64,000 nucleotides of DNA, taken from assembly GCF_018350175.1 (NCBI RefSeq), contig NC_058368.1, forward strand, positions 137,332,001 to 137,396,000, read 5' to 3'. The stretch comes from Felis catus (Eukaryota). The notes under the pieces are model-generated. The model saw only the letters and a list, made by a program, of their open reading frames with translations. It had not been told where the DNA came from and ran no database searches. Below, piece by piece: positions 14,279-27,593 of the stretch. Numbering within the stretch: position 1 is the first letter of the stretch; every line of letters starts with the position of its first letter. The position numbers and the translations under genes were made by a program.

Positions 14279-14750
14279 AGGGGCGCTGGGGTGGCTTAGT
14301 CAGTTAAGCAACCGGCTCTTGATACCAGCTTAGGTCATGATCTCACAGTTCGTGAGTTCGAGCCCTGCATCTGGCTCTGCACTCACAATGCAGATCCTGC
14401 TTGGGATTCTTCTTCCCTCTCTCCCCCTCCCCTGCTTGCACTCTCTCTGTCTCTCAAAATAAATAAGTAAATAAACTAGAAAAATATATATTTAGCACTT
14501 GATTTCTGATACTTTTATTTCTCCTTCAATATTTCTATTTTGATCTTTACTTCTTTAGACTCTCATCTCATTTAAGTGATTCAAGCAGCCCATTTTGTTG
14601 CATATTCTTTGATAATACAAAAATAATTTCATCTTTGGCATGCCTGGCTGCCTCAATTGGTGAAGGATGCAACTCTTGACGTCAGGGTCATAAGTTCAAG
14701 CCCCACGTTGGGTGTAGAGATTACTTAAAACTAAAATCTTAAAAAAATGT
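14279..14750 (+). mobile_element. Can-SINE (14279-14480) and short SINE (14636-14750)
   Basis: Head motifs; the short form ends gtagagattacttaaaa. Confidence 0.8.
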
Positions 14751-15789
14751 CATCTTCATCTTAATGGGTATCTGGTGGTACAAACTGCTGTCAGTAAATC
14801 TGTTTTACTGATAATTTTAGTGGGTGGTGAAGTGAGAAGGGAATGAACATTACCTACTATTGCAGCAGTTTCCATTCTCATTTAATCTTCTCTTCAACCC
14901 ATTTCACAGAAAACTCAACTGTGGCTAAGAAAGTTAAGCTACTTTCCTAAAAAAGACAATGAGGAGGATTGGGATTTCAACCCCTGTGTGTATGACTCTG
15001 GAACCCATGCTTCCTGAACTCTATCTTCCTGCTTAGCAACAATAAATAGTGTAGAACAATATTCAGCATAGGAACAAAAATTGTAAAAATTGATCTCCTC
15101 TCATAAATTGTTTCTCCTGTCTCTGACTTCTCACACTTGAAATCTGAATGATATGTGCCCTTGTTATATGTGAGAAAGATATCAATCTTTCAGGCTAATA
15201 ATAATCAGCCTACCAACCACTTTTCTATTTTATTGGCTAAAGGACTCTGACCCTTTTCCACTTCAACCCTTGCCAGTGAGCATACTGCTATGTTCCTTTT
15301 TCTGTTTACACTAGAAAATGTGAAATATTCAATCCACTCATTACCCCATAACAATCAGGGATAGTTCTAGACATGACTGAGAAATTCCTAGGGCCCTGTC
15401 ACTTGAGAACTTTAGGAGCAATCTAACCACAATGAAACAATATACTTGTAGTTACCATAATGATCTGTAATGGTTGTCCTAATGTGCTCGCTCTGATTTT
15501 TCTAAAATTTATCAGCTTAGATTTCTATCAACTGTACAGTCAGTATCTCACATTATAAACACATAAAGTAGGGACACTTGGGTGGCTCAGTCATTTGAGC
15601 ATCTGACTCTTTGACTTTGAGTAGGGGAGGGGGGTGAAGGGAGAAAGAGAATTTTAAGCAAGCTCCCACTCTGCTTGGAGCCTAACCCAGGGCTCATTCC
15701 CACGACCCTGAATCATGACTCGAGCCAAAATCAAGAGTAAGACGGTCAACTGACTAAGCCACCCAGGCACCCCGAGCAATGTTATTATT

Positions 15790-15948
15790 TTTATTTACTT
15801 ATTTATTTTTTAATTTACATCTAAGTTAGCGTATGGTGCAACAGTGATTTCAGGAGTAGATTCTTTAATGCCCCTTACCCATTTAGCCCATCCCTCCTCC
15901 CAAAACCCCTTCAGTAACCCTCTGTTCTTCATATTTAAGAGTCTCTTA
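15790..15948 (-). mobile_element. 5'-truncated carnivore L1 3'-UTR insertion (~160 nt)
   Basis: T-rich tail plus L1 3'-end motif (aatttacatctaagttag...gatttcaggagtaga...ccttacccatttagcccatccc); TSD agcaatgttatt on both sides. Confidence 0.75.
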
Positions 15949-16170
15949 ACCAAGCAATGTTATTTTAAAACAAGCTACTCTTTTAATTATACTTACATAT
16001 TTGTGAACGATGAATTAAAGAAACAGTTTAGAGTGGAAGAAACATTGAAATAAGAATAGGAAGGCCTACGTTCCAAACCAAAGTTGTTTTTGGGGGTGGG
16101 GGAACAGTGGTAAAACTTATTTCTTACTCTTATTTCTTATTCACTTATTTATTTAAAAAAAATTTTTTTA

Positions 16171-16385
16171 GGGGCATCTGGGTATCTTAGTCATTTATGT
16201 GTCTGACTGTTGGTTTTGGCTCAGGTCATAATCTCACAGTTGTGAGATTGAGCCCCACATCAGGTTCTGCTCTGCACTGTTAGCACAGATCCTGCTTGGA
16301 ATTTTCTCTCCCTCTCTGTCTCTCCCCTTTTCACACACTCACTCACTCTCTCTCTCTCTCAAAATAAATAAACTTAAAAAACATT
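16171..16385 (+). mobile_element. Can-SINE
   Basis: Head, (CT)n and aaaataaataaac tail. Confidence 0.85.
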
Positions 16386-16794
16386 TTTTTAGCTTTATTG
16401 AGATAAAATTGCCATATGACATTGCAGAAATTTAAGATGTACACATAATGATTTATGTATGTAAGATGAAATGATTACCACAGTAAGGTTAGTTAACATA
16501 TCCATTATCTCATATGGTTACAATTTATTTTTGTTATTATTAATATTATTTTGGTGAGAGCTTTTAAGATTTACTCTCTTAATAACTTTCAAATATAATA
16601 ATACAGTATCGTTAACTGTAATCATTATGGTATACATTACATCCTGGAACTTGATCAGCTTAGAAGTGGAAGTTTGTATCCTTTGACTATCTTCACTCAT
16701 TTCCCCTCCCCGCTTTTACTTCTGGTAACCACCAGTCTGCTCTCTGTTTCTGTGAGTTTGGTGGATTTTTTTATTTCTCAAATATGTGATACTA

Positions 16795-16897
16795 TTTATA
16801 TATATATATATCTATATATCTATATATATCTATCTATATATCTCTATGTATAGAGATATATAGATAGATATATAGATAGATATATACACACACACAA
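16795..16897. repeat. Compound (TA)/(TATC)/(TAGA)/(CA) microsatellite
   Basis: Read directly from the sequence. Confidence 0.9.
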
Positions 16898-16913
16898 ACA
16901 TAATGTGTATATA

Positions 16914-17232
16914 CAGTTGACCTTTGAGTAGCATGGAGGTTAGTGGTGCTGACCACTGTGCACTCGCAAATCCACGTATAATTTTTGACTCCCTCAAAAC
17001 TTAGTTATCAATTGCCTGCTGTTGACCAGAAGCCTTACAGATAACATAAAAAGTTGATTCATATATATTTTATATGTTACATGTGTTATATACTTTATTC
17101 TTACAATAAAGTAAGCTAGAGAAAAGAAAATGTTATTAAGAAAATACACTTACACAGTACTTGTATCAAACAGATTTTTGCATCTAAGTGGACCCATACA
17201 GTTAAAACCCAACATGTTGTTCAAGGGTCCAG
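16914..17232 (-). mobile_element. Tigger2a-like TcMar MITE nested in the L1
   Basis: Terminal inverted repeats cagttgacctttga... and ...ttgttcaagggtccag, flanked by TA. Confidence 0.75.
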
Positions 17233-20200
17233 TATATATCACATTTCCTTTATCCATTTATCTGTTGATGGACACAAGTTTATTTCCATGTCTTGACTAT
17301 TGTAAATAATGCTACAGTGAATATGAAGGCACAGATAACTCTTCGACATAGTGATTTTATTTCCTTCTGATAAATACCCAGAAGTGGAATTGCTAGATTA
17401 TATGATAGTTCTATTTTTAAGTTTTTGAGGAGCCTCCATCCTGTTTTTCCATTCCCATCAATATGAGTTCCCTTTTCTCCACATCCTTGCCAGCTCTTGT
17501 TATCCCTATTCTTTTTGATAATTGCTATCCTAACAGTTTTGAGGTGTTAATGTTATTGTGGTTTTGGTTTGCGTTTGTCTGATGATTAGTGATGTTGGGC
17601 ATCTTTTCAAGTACCTGTTGGCCATCTGAATATCTTCTTTGGAAAACTGTTTATTCAGGTTCTTTGCCCTTTTTTTTTTTTCAAATTATTTGGGCTCTTT
17701 GCTATTGAGATGTAGGAATTTCTTATATTAGCTCCTTATCAGATACATGGTTTGCAAAACTTTCTCCCATTCTGTAGGTTGCCTTTTCATTTTGATGATG
17801 GTCTCCTTTGCTGTGCAGAAGCTGTGCAGTTTGATGTAATCGCACTGTTTATTTTTGCTTTTGCTGCTTGAGCTTTTGGTGTCATACCCATGAAATCATT
17901 GCCAAGACTAATGCCAAGGGGATTTTTCCCTGTTTTTTTTTTTTTTTTAGGAGTTTTTTTTGTTTCAGATCTTAATGTTCAAGTCTATGTTTAATCCTTT
18001 TCGAGTTAATTTTTGAGTGGTGTAAGGTAGGGGTCCACTTTCATTCTTTTGCATGTAAATATCCAGTTTTCCCAACACAAGAGAAGAGACTGTCTTTGCC
18101 CCATTGAGTATTCTTGACCACCTTGTCAAATATTAGTTGACTGTATATGCATGAGTTTGTTTCTGGGCTCTCAATTCTGTTCCATAAGTCTGTGTGTCCA
18201 TTTTTATGCCAGTTCCATACTGTTTTGATTGCTGTAGCTTTTTAGTATACTTCGAAATCAGGAAATATGGTAATTTTAGCTTTGTTCTTTCTTAGGATTG
18301 CTTTGGCTATTCAAAGTCTTCTGTGATTCCATATAAATTTTAGGATTCATTTTTCTTTTTCTGTAAAACAAATGCCATTAGAATCTTGATAGGGATTATA
18401 TTATCTCTGGATAACTTTGGGTAGTATAACATTTAAATAATATTAATCCTTCCTACCCATGAACATAGGATATCTTTCCATTTGTTTGTATCTTCTTTAA
18501 TTTCTTTCATCAATGTCTTACAGTTTTCTGGTGTACAGATCTTTCACCTCCTTGTTTGAATTTATTTCCAATTATTTTATTCTTTTTGATGTTGTATATG
18601 GGATTATTTCTTCTTTCACATAATTTAGTGTTACTGTATAGAAACGCAACTGGTTTTTGTATGTTCATTTTGTACCCTGCAACTTTACTAAATTAGTTTT
18701 TTTATAGAGTCTGTAGGATTTTCTTTGTATAAGGTCATGTCGTCTGTGAATAGAGACATGTCTGTTTTACTTCTTCCACTCTGATTTGGATTCCTTTTCT
18801 TTTTTGTTGCCTGATTGATTTGGCTAGGACTTCCAGTACTTCGTTGAATAGGAATGGTGAGAAGGGGCACCATTATTTTGTTCCCATTTTAGAGGGAAGG
18901 TTTTCAGCCTTTCACCACTGAGTGTGATATTACCTATGGGTTTGTCATACATGGTCTTTAGTATGTTGAGGTATGTTCCTTATATACTAAATATGTTGAG
19001 AATTATCATGAATGGAAATAGAATTTTGTTAAATGTTTTCTCCACATCTCTTGAAATCATATGATTTGTATCTTTCATTCTATTAATATATCACATTGAT
19101 TGATTTGTGTATGTTGAATTGTTCTTGCATCCCAGAGACTAAACCCACTTGATCAAGGTGTATGATTTTTTTAATATGCTGTTGAATTCATTGTGCCAGT
19201 GATTTATTGAGAATGTTTGCATTTATATTAATGGCCTGTAGTTTTCTTCTAATGTCCTTATGTGACTTCACTATCAGAGAAATGCCTTATTAAATGAGTT
19301 TGGACGTGTTCCCCTCTCTTCAGTTTTTTTTGTAAGAGTTTGAGAAGAATTGATGTTAATTTTTCTTTAAATGTTTGGTAGAATTCACTAGTGAAACCAT
19401 CTGGTCCTAAGCTTTTCTTTATTGGGATTTAACTTGATTCAGGCTCCTTATTATTATTGGTCTCTTCAGATTTTCTTTATTCATGATTCAATTTTGGTAG
19501 GTTATATGTTTCTAGGAATTTATCCATTTCTTCTAGGTTGTCCAATTTGTTGGCGTATAATTGTTCATAGTAGTCTTTTATGATCTGTTGTATTTCTGTA
19601 GTATCAGTTGTAATAGCTCCTCTTTGATTTATAATTTTATTTATTTGGTTCCTGTCTTTTTTTTCTTGGTCTAGTTAAGGGTTTGTCAATTTTATCTTTC
19701 CATAGAATCAACTCTTTTCTATTGTTGATCTATTGATCAAAAGATCTATTGATCTTTTCTATTGTTTTCTTAATCTGTATTCCATTTATTTCTACGCTAA
19801 TCTTTATTATTCTTTCCTTCCTTTTTCTAACTTTGGTCCTACTTTGTTCTTCTCTTTGTAGTTCCTTCAAGTGTAAAGTTACGTTGTTTGGTATATTTCT
19901 TTTCTTGATATATATATGTGCCTATGTCTAAACTTTCCTTTTAGAACTGCTTTTGCTGCATTTTCTAATGTTTGGTATGTTGGATTTCCCTTTTCATTTG
20001 TCTTAAGATATTTTTTATTTCTCTTTTGCTTCTTTGATCCATTGGTTGTTCAGAAGTGTGTTGTTTAATTTCCATGTACTTGTGAATTTTCCATCTTTCT
20101 TCCTGTTACTGATTTCTAATTTCACCATTGTGATCAGAAAAGATACCTGATATAATTTCTATTTCAAATTTATTGAAACTGTTTCATTGTCTAACATATG

Positions 20201-20558
20201 ATCTACTGTAGAAAGTGTTATATGTACTCTTGAGAAGAATATGTATTCTGCCTCTGTTGGATGGAATGTTTGTTAGGTCCATTTGCTTTATAGTGTTGTT
20301 CAAGTGCACTGCTTCCTTATTGATTTTCTGTCTGGATGATCTATCCATTGTTGAGAGTGGGATATTACAATCCCCAACTATTACTGTATTGCTGTTTACT
20401 TCTCCTTTTAGTTCTGTTAATATTTACATTATATAAGTGCTTTGATAGTGGATGCATAAATATTTACAATTAATGTATAAACTCTTGATTGACTTTTTTA
20501 TATTACCATAATGAAGTTATTTGTTTAGAGCATTTTTAGTTAAAATTCTGTTGTGTTG

Positions 20559-20760
20559 GGGTGCCTAGGTGGCTCATTCGGTTAAGCATCCAACTCTTGG
20601 TTTCGGCTCAGGTCATGATCCCACGGTTCCAGGAGTTTGAGCCCTGTATCGGGCTCTGCTGATGCCTGCTTGGGATTCTCATTCTCTGCCTCCCTCCCTC
20701 TCTTTTTCTCTCTCTCTCAAAATAAAGAAATAAACCTTAAAAAAATAAAAATTAAGAAAT
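20559..20760 (+). mobile_element. Can-SINE inserted into the L1
   Basis: Approximate TSD taaaattctgttgtgt / taaaatctattgtgt. Confidence 0.85.
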
Positions 20761-21268
20761 AAAATCTATTGTGTCTAAGTACTGCTGCCCTGCTTTATTT
20801 TGGTTACCATTTGCTTGAAACACCTTTTTCTATCTCTTCAGTCTCTGTATGTGTGTGTTCTTAAAGCTAAAATAAATCTGTTGTATGCAGCATACTGTTG
20901 GCTCTTGTTTTTTTAATACATTCTCCCATTTTTTTTGTCTTTTGATTAGAGAATGTAATCCATTTAAAGTAATTACTGATAGGTAAGGACATATTGCTGT
21001 CATTTTGATAATTGTTTTTTGACTGGTTTGTAGAGTCTTTGTTTCTTCCTATCTTCTTATGTGAGCTGATGACTTTTTGTAGTAGTATGCTTTAATTCCT
21101 TTTTCATAATCTCAGATTTTTCCTCTGTGGTGACCACGAGGCTTACATACAATATCTTATATTTATAACATCCTATTTTAAGCTGATGAAAATGATGTGA
21201 CCAAAAGTTAAGCATATGGGAAATATTACTGCTATCAGTCTTTTATTTGATTAAAAATAAAAAGTTTA

Positions 21269-21635
21269 GGGGCACCTGGGTGGCTTAGTCAGTTAAACGT
21301 CTAACTTTGGCTCAGGTCATGATCTCACAGTTTTTGAGTTCAAGCCCCGTGTTGGGCTCTGCACCGACAGCTCAGAGCCTCGAGGCAGCTTTGGATTCTG
21401 TGTCTCCCTTTCTCTTTCTGCCCCTCCCCTGCTTGTGCGCTCTCTCTCTCTCAAAAATAATAAACCTTTTTTTTTTTTTTTTTTTTTTTTTATGAAAAGT
21501 TTAAACCCTCTGGGCCACCTGGCTTGCTCAGTTGGAAGAGTATGCAACTCTTGATCTCAGGATCATGAGCTCGAGCCCCATGTTGGGTGTAGAGATTACT
21601 TAATTAAATAAAACTTGAAAGAAAGAAAGAAAAGT
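21269..21635 (+). mobile_element. Can-SINE followed by a short SINE
   Basis: TSDs aaaagttta and aaaagtttaaaccct. Confidence 0.85.
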
Positions 21636-21819
21636 TTAAACCCTGAAAAGGAAGGTGCAGTTATCACACTTGCACTGAAGAAAGTAAACACTAATCAAGA
21701 GAGTTGTTGTATTTTGGTGATGCTTAAAATAGAGAGAAGAGAAATCTACCCAGGAATTGTGTTAATGGTTAGTCACATACTCATGAAAGTAGCAGAATGA
21801 GAATAATACGACAGACAGC

Positions 21820-22235
21820 ATGGTTCAGTGCACAGGCTCTGGAGTCAGGTACATCTGGGCTTGGGTCCTGCCTTTGTTCATTGTGACCTCTGTGACCTCG
21901 AACACTTCATTTAAGCCTGTTCTTCTTCTGTAAAATGGAGATGATAATAGTCCCTATTCATGAAATTAAATGAGATCATGCATTTAAGGCACTTAGTAAA
22001 TAACTGGCATATAGAAGTGCTCCATAAATGATAACAGGGTTGCTGTTATTGCTAGGCACAGTACAGATTTTGAAAATACACAGATTTGGTTTTGAGTGCC
22101 TATACCTGCCACATATTGGCCAGGCAAGTACTTAACCTCTCCCAACCTCAGTTAATATAAAATGGAGTTAGTATCTACCTCATAGTGCTGCTGTGCATGT
22201 TAAATGAGCAGAAGTATATAGGAAGTACCTAGTGT
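21820..22235 (+). mobile_element. Two MIR fragments
   Basis: MIR core motifs ggctctggagtcag...ctgtaaaatggagatgataatag and cttaacctctc...aaaatggagttagtatctacctcatag. Confidence 0.7.
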
Positions 22236-22370
22236 AGATTGGATTGGATTTTGGGATCAAGTTTTCCTTATTACCACCTGCTTACTGTGATACTAGACTT
22301 TTTTTTTTTTTAATATTTGTAAACTTTAGCATTTGAGTCAGATGTCTAGTCGTCTTTAAAGGTCTTCTTG

Positions 22371-22572
22371 AGGGGTGCCTGGGTGGCTCAGTTGGTTGAG
22401 CATTCAACTTTGGCTCAGGTCATGATCTCACGGTTCATGGGTTTGAGCCCCGTGTAGGGCTCTGTGCTGACAGCTCAGAGCCTGGAGCCTGCTTCAGAAT
22501 CTGTGCCTCCCTCTCTGTCTCTCTGCCCCTCCCCTGCTTGCGCGTGCTCGCTTGCTCATGCGCATGTGCACG

Positions 22573-22615
<43 letters not shown>

Positions 22616-22640
22616 GTAAATCAACATTAAAAAAAATGAA
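22371..22640 (+). mobile_element. Can-SINE with expanded (CT)n
   Basis: TSD aaggtctt. Confidence 0.9.
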
Positions 22641-22781
22641 TGAAGGTCTTGAAAGAGCACTCTAAGAATATATTTAAGTTTTCCTTAGTGCCCATTTTCC
22701 ATTGTCTTTTGTTATTTCTTATTAATCTTTTCAGTTTTTAGATGACAATACTTTGTGCTTGAGGATTATAATTTTAACTTG

Positions 22782-23230
22782 TTTTTTTTTAAAGATTTTT
22801 TTGAGGTTTATTTTTTTATTTTTTTATTTTTTTATTTATTTTTGGGACAGAGAGAGACAGAGCATGAACGGGCGAGGGGCAGAGAGAGAGGGAGACACAG
22901 AATCAGAAACAGGCTCCAGGCTCTGAGCCATCAGCCCAGAGCCCGACGCGGGGCTCGAACTCACGGACCGCGAGATTGTGACCTGGCTGAAGTCGGACGC
23001 TTAACCGACTGCGCCACCCAGGCGCCCCATGAGGTTTATTTTTAAGAGAGAGAGAGAGAGAACACAACCAGGGGAGGGGCAGAGGGAGAGAGAGAGAGAC
23101 AGAATCTGAAGCAGGCTCCAGGCTCTGAGCTGTCAGCACAGAGCCTGACATGGGGCTCAAACTCACTAACCATGAGATTATGACCTGAGCCGAAGTTGGA
23201 CACTTAATCACCTGAGCCACCAGGTGCCCC
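22782..23230 (-). mobile_element. Young SINE (~22810-23028) nested in the tail of an older SINE
   Basis: TSD tgaggtttattttt at ~22802 and ~23030. Confidence 0.9.
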
Positions 23231-24019
23231 GATATAATTTTCCCTTCTTAGCATAATTCTTCAGAGTGGTAAACTAGATCATTCACCCTAATCAGTCAAT
23301 CAAGGATGATTTAAAACCAGCTCAGTGCCTTCCACCTTGTAACAGCAGAGGGTCCATAAGCTGTGGTCCCTACCCTTCCATCTGTTTGAGCTCCTTTCTA
23401 GTAGCTTGGGCTGAACAGTTGGGTTTTGCTTTTTCCGCTTTTCTTTCTTGAGGCTTAATCTCTGATTACTTTATAAATCTCTTAAAGGACTTTCTAGTTT
23501 CACTGGTAGCTATAATTTAACAAGCCTGTTGACATTTTGATTCTTTGACATTAAATGGCTTCATTTTTTAAGTTATTATTAATCGACTGCCTTTAGACTT
23601 TGTCTTTTTTCCTTTCATACCTGAGCTTTGATTCAATTTCTCATAAAAGTTTTATTAAGTAACTTTAAAAGAAATAGGAGGATCTTTTTCGCCTTTTGGA
23701 TTATCTCTGATTTTTTTCTTCCTTGTTCATCCTAGCATCTTTTTGTAAAAAGCCAGTGTAAGAAACATTTTCTTTGGAAGTCTACAAATCTGATTCACAT
23801 TCAGCAAGTAACTTAAGCTGTATTTTGTTTTATTTGTTGGTCAAATGAAGATAATACTTGCCAACTAGTTCCTGTAAAGGGATGTTCTAAAGATTAGATT
23901 TAGGATGTTTTGAACTCATGTACTCAGTGCTATTGAAATATCTCATTTTTATTATATGTTCATAATATACATACTGCTATATTTACTGTTTTATTTATTT
24001 TACAATAGTGAAATAGGAT

Positions 24020-24228
24020 TTTTTAAATTTGTTTTGAGTGAGAGAGTGTGGGGGAGAGGGAGAGAGGGAGGGAGAAAGAATCCCAAGCAGTTTCCATGCT
24101 GTCATTGTGGAGCTCACCATAGGGTTTGATCCCACAAGCTGTGAGATCATGACCTGAGCCAAAACCAAGAGTCAGATGCCTAACAGACTGATTAACCCAG
24201 GCGTCCCAGTGAAATGTGATTTAAAATT
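24020..24228 (-). mobile_element. Can-SINE
   Basis: Antisense head cccaggcgtccc; approximate TSD agtgaaat. Confidence 0.8.
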
Positions 24229-24359
24229 TTGTCTTTTACCTCACTACAAAGGTATCAAATACTTGTCATTCTTTTAGAATACAAATGGTTCTATTTATGG
24301 TTAGTTTCCTAGTTTACAGAAATTGATTGGTTTTTTTAGAAAGACTAATATCAGGTGCT

Positions 24360-24580
24360 TAGAGACTGGACTCTAGAGCTAGATTAGTTGGGTTTGAATG
24401 AGGGATTCATTTATTATGTAAGTAACCTTGGGCAAGTAACTTCTGTGAGCCTCAATTTACTGATCTGCAAAATATAGGTAATACTAATACATGATAAAGT
24501 TCTGAGGAATAAATTAGTTGGCATATGTAAGTGCTTAGGACACTGCCTAGTACTCAAAAGCATTAGCTGTTGCTGTTATT
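24360..24580 (+). mobile_element. MIR
   Basis: ccttgggcaagtaacttctgtgagcctcaattt core. Confidence 0.65.
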
Positions 24581-24703
24581 GACAAAATAATAGATGTGTT
24601 TATGCCTTTACTATTTAGCCAGATTTTTAGTAGTATTTTTGGTAGTGAAATATGGCAGACTTTCCCCTAACAAACTGGAACTCCATTTTAAATGCAGATT
24701 GGA

Positions 24704-24932
24704 GGGGCGCCTGGGTGGCGCAGTCGCTTAAGCGTCCGACTTCAGCCAGGTCACGATCTCGCGATCCGTGAGTTCGAGCCCCGCGTCAGGCTCTGGGCTG
24801 ATGGCTCAGAGCCTGGAGCCTGCTTCCGATTCTGTGTCTCCCTCTCTCTCTGCCCCTCCCCCGTTCATGCTCTGTCTCTCTCTGTCCCCAAAATAAACAT
24901 TGAAAAAAAAAATTTTTTTTTTTTTTTTAAAT
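24704..24932 (+). mobile_element. Young felid SINE
   Basis: Near-consensus copy; TSD taaatgcagattgga. Confidence 0.92.
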
Positions 24933-26887
24933 AAATGCAGATTGGACAGTTAGGTCTTCTGTGGCTCCTACCCCTTCCAGGGATTTCCCACATAGCAGTC
25001 TGATGGGTTTTATACATAAGTTATTTTTGTTCTGAAAATATTATGCTTACTGTGAAAATAAACAATCCTGAACAGCAGAAGATTAACCTCTCCTTCCTCA
25101 TTTCTACTTCCTAGGAAGAGTAATTATTTTCCATATTTTTATTTGGTTTTGTCATCTATTAATTTATAACCCCCTTCACAAGCTCTCTATTAGCTTCAGG
25201 ATGAATTCCAACCCTTACCTTGGTCTGTGAGGTCCTCCTAGCCCCTGCCCTCCTCTCATTTTTACTTTTTGATAATTCCTGTTAGATTCTCAGGTAAAAA
25301 GTCACTTCCTCAAGGAGGTTCAGCTTAATGTCCCCACAGCCCCTGTACTTTCTCTACCATAGTGCTGTCCGGTGGGGCGAGGGGGAAGGGTCCTAGAATT
25401 TGGGAGGTGCTTTTGGTATTTAGTGGGTAGGGCAGAGAGATTTTAGATGTTCATCATTAAGAATTGTCTTAAACCCTGAACGACTTTTGAATGCTCCACT
25501 ACATAGTCACATAGGGGAAAAAAATATCAGCCTAAAACCTCATATAATTTTACATATGCACGTGGAATTTTTTGCAGGATTTTAATTAAATATTGAGGTT
25601 TCTGGGAATAAAACTTTTGTATTATTGAAGGAAGAGTATACCTTGTTTTGTTTGGAATTGTTCACTATTTTGGGAAATCATGTCAATGTTAACATTTACC
25701 ACATTCATAGTAATTCATCATGTTGGTGGAAACATCTGGCTACTCAGTAAATATTTTTTTGAATGTAATTGAAATTAGAAGGAAAAAAAGCTCTGAACCA
25801 AAGGGGGGTAAAGTGCTTTTCTCTTTCCTGGCCGAATATATTTGTGTTCCTCTCTCTTCCTATTGTACTTTATTCATATGCTTCATTCATAGACCACACA
25901 TCTGTCTCTCTCACTAAATGAGAGCGTGGGGTGGGGGGGCAAGAACAATATTTTACTTACTTTTGAATCTTCATTGCTCATTGAGCACATGGTAGTTACT
26001 CACCTTAATATTCAGTTGAATTAATGGCAACAGCAATAGTATTTGTTCAACAAATATTTATTGACTCAGACTCTTCTGGGCAAAGAGGGCAAAAACACAC
26101 TGTCCCTCTTCTCAAGGAACACATGATCTATTGCTAAGACAGCCCTGGAAATAATTATAATATGATAGTTTCTGAAATGGAAATAGCTATAAACTTTGGA
26201 TCTCTAATGAAAAAAACCACTTAAGTCTTGTGGGGAGGTCCTAGAATAATATCATGGAAGAGAAATAGTATCCAGTATCAAGCATAGTGCCAAGGAAGAC
26301 GCTCAGTAGATATTTAGAAATTGAATAGATGAGCATAGCTCTGAAGAATGAGAAGGAGTTTGCCAAATGGCCAAATGTAAAGAGGACGTTCCAGTGAGGA
26401 AATCCCTATTCAAAGGCTCAGAGGTATGAGAGGCTCCGTTGGTGTTTGTGGAGCGTAAAGTTTGAGGTTAAGTCATAAGAGATCAAGCTGTCTGTAGAGG
26501 TGATAGACCAAATCATGAAACCAGATCCATTCAAAAGAAGTTAGATTTTATCTTGCAGGCAGTAGAACACCTTTTGTGTGACAATTAAAACTACTATATT
26601 TCAAATCATACCATATGCCAGGCAGGTACATACAGTCCTATCACAGAGTTGATATATTCTCATTTTAGAGTTGACAAACTAAAGCTCAGAGAGATTAATT
26701 AACTTGTCCAGGTTTTTACAGCTACTAAATGGAAGAACTAGGATTTAAACTTAGGTTGGTTGAGTCCAGACTTCCTATCTGCTTTTTAAACTATAGTTTA
26801 CAGCCCCTCCAGCAGAGAAGAAACTAGATTTATTATTACTTTTTTCAACCAGTCTCTACCTCGCATGATTCTCAACTCTAGCAAATT

Positions 26888-27090
26888 CTTTTATGTTTAT
26901 TTAGTTTTTGAGAGAGACAGAGCACGAGTGGTGGAGGGGGGCAGAGAGAGGGGGAGACACAGAATCGGAAACAGGCTCCAGGCTCTGAGCTGTCAGCACA
27001 GAGCCCGACGCAGGGCTCGAACTCAAAGACCAGAAGATCATGACCTGAGCCGATGTCGGATGCTCAGCTGACTGAGCCACCCAGGCGCCC
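26888..27090 (-). mobile_element. Can-SINE
   Basis: TSD gcaaattc. Confidence 0.88.
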
Positions 27091-27593
27091 TGCAAATTCA
27101 AAATTTTTATGTACATTTAAGTTCTTAACAGTTTGGGACTCTTTGGTTTTCTGAAGACCCCAAATAGTATCTTACAGTAACTTAGTATTCTTAGTAACTT
27201 TGTATTCTGGTCCATCTTCTGTCTAGCTAGTTCAGATAACTGTCTTGGCTAATGAAATGCCTTTGGTTGGGGGTGGGGGGGGGCGGTTTCACCATGGAAT
27301 GTTGTGGACTAATCAGCATGATTTGCATACTCTAAAAGAGAAACATTTGAAGTATTACTTCCCTTTTTTGAAACAGTTATATCCCAGTCTTCAACATGCA
27401 AATAGAATAGTAATTACTTCAGGAAAATCCAGTGTTCATCTTGATATTATTACAGATGTAGTTTACTATTTAAATAAATGATTTCTGCCTCAGAATTCTG
27501 GTGTCCTTGGTTAGCTTAAAGTACTTTAGATGTTACCTAAATAACCCTGCGATACCTCTGGCTACCCTAGCAGAAGACTCTTGCTAATTTTAA

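Larger units (their letters stand above)
16385..21190 (-). mobile_element. Old L1 (L1MA-class), ~4.8 kb, with degenerate ORF2 and 3' UTR
   Basis: T-rich antisense L1 ORF2 sequence. Track ORF 18688..18873(-) contains SLFTDDM (RT FADD motif). L1MA-type 3' end at ~16390-16760. Many stops and frameshifts. Confidence 0.9.

Noticed and set aside
21465..21492. T-runs following the A tails of several sense SINEs (also 24912, 13568, 55930)
   Set aside because: Consistent with slippage of the A/T-rich Can-SINE tail; commonplace.
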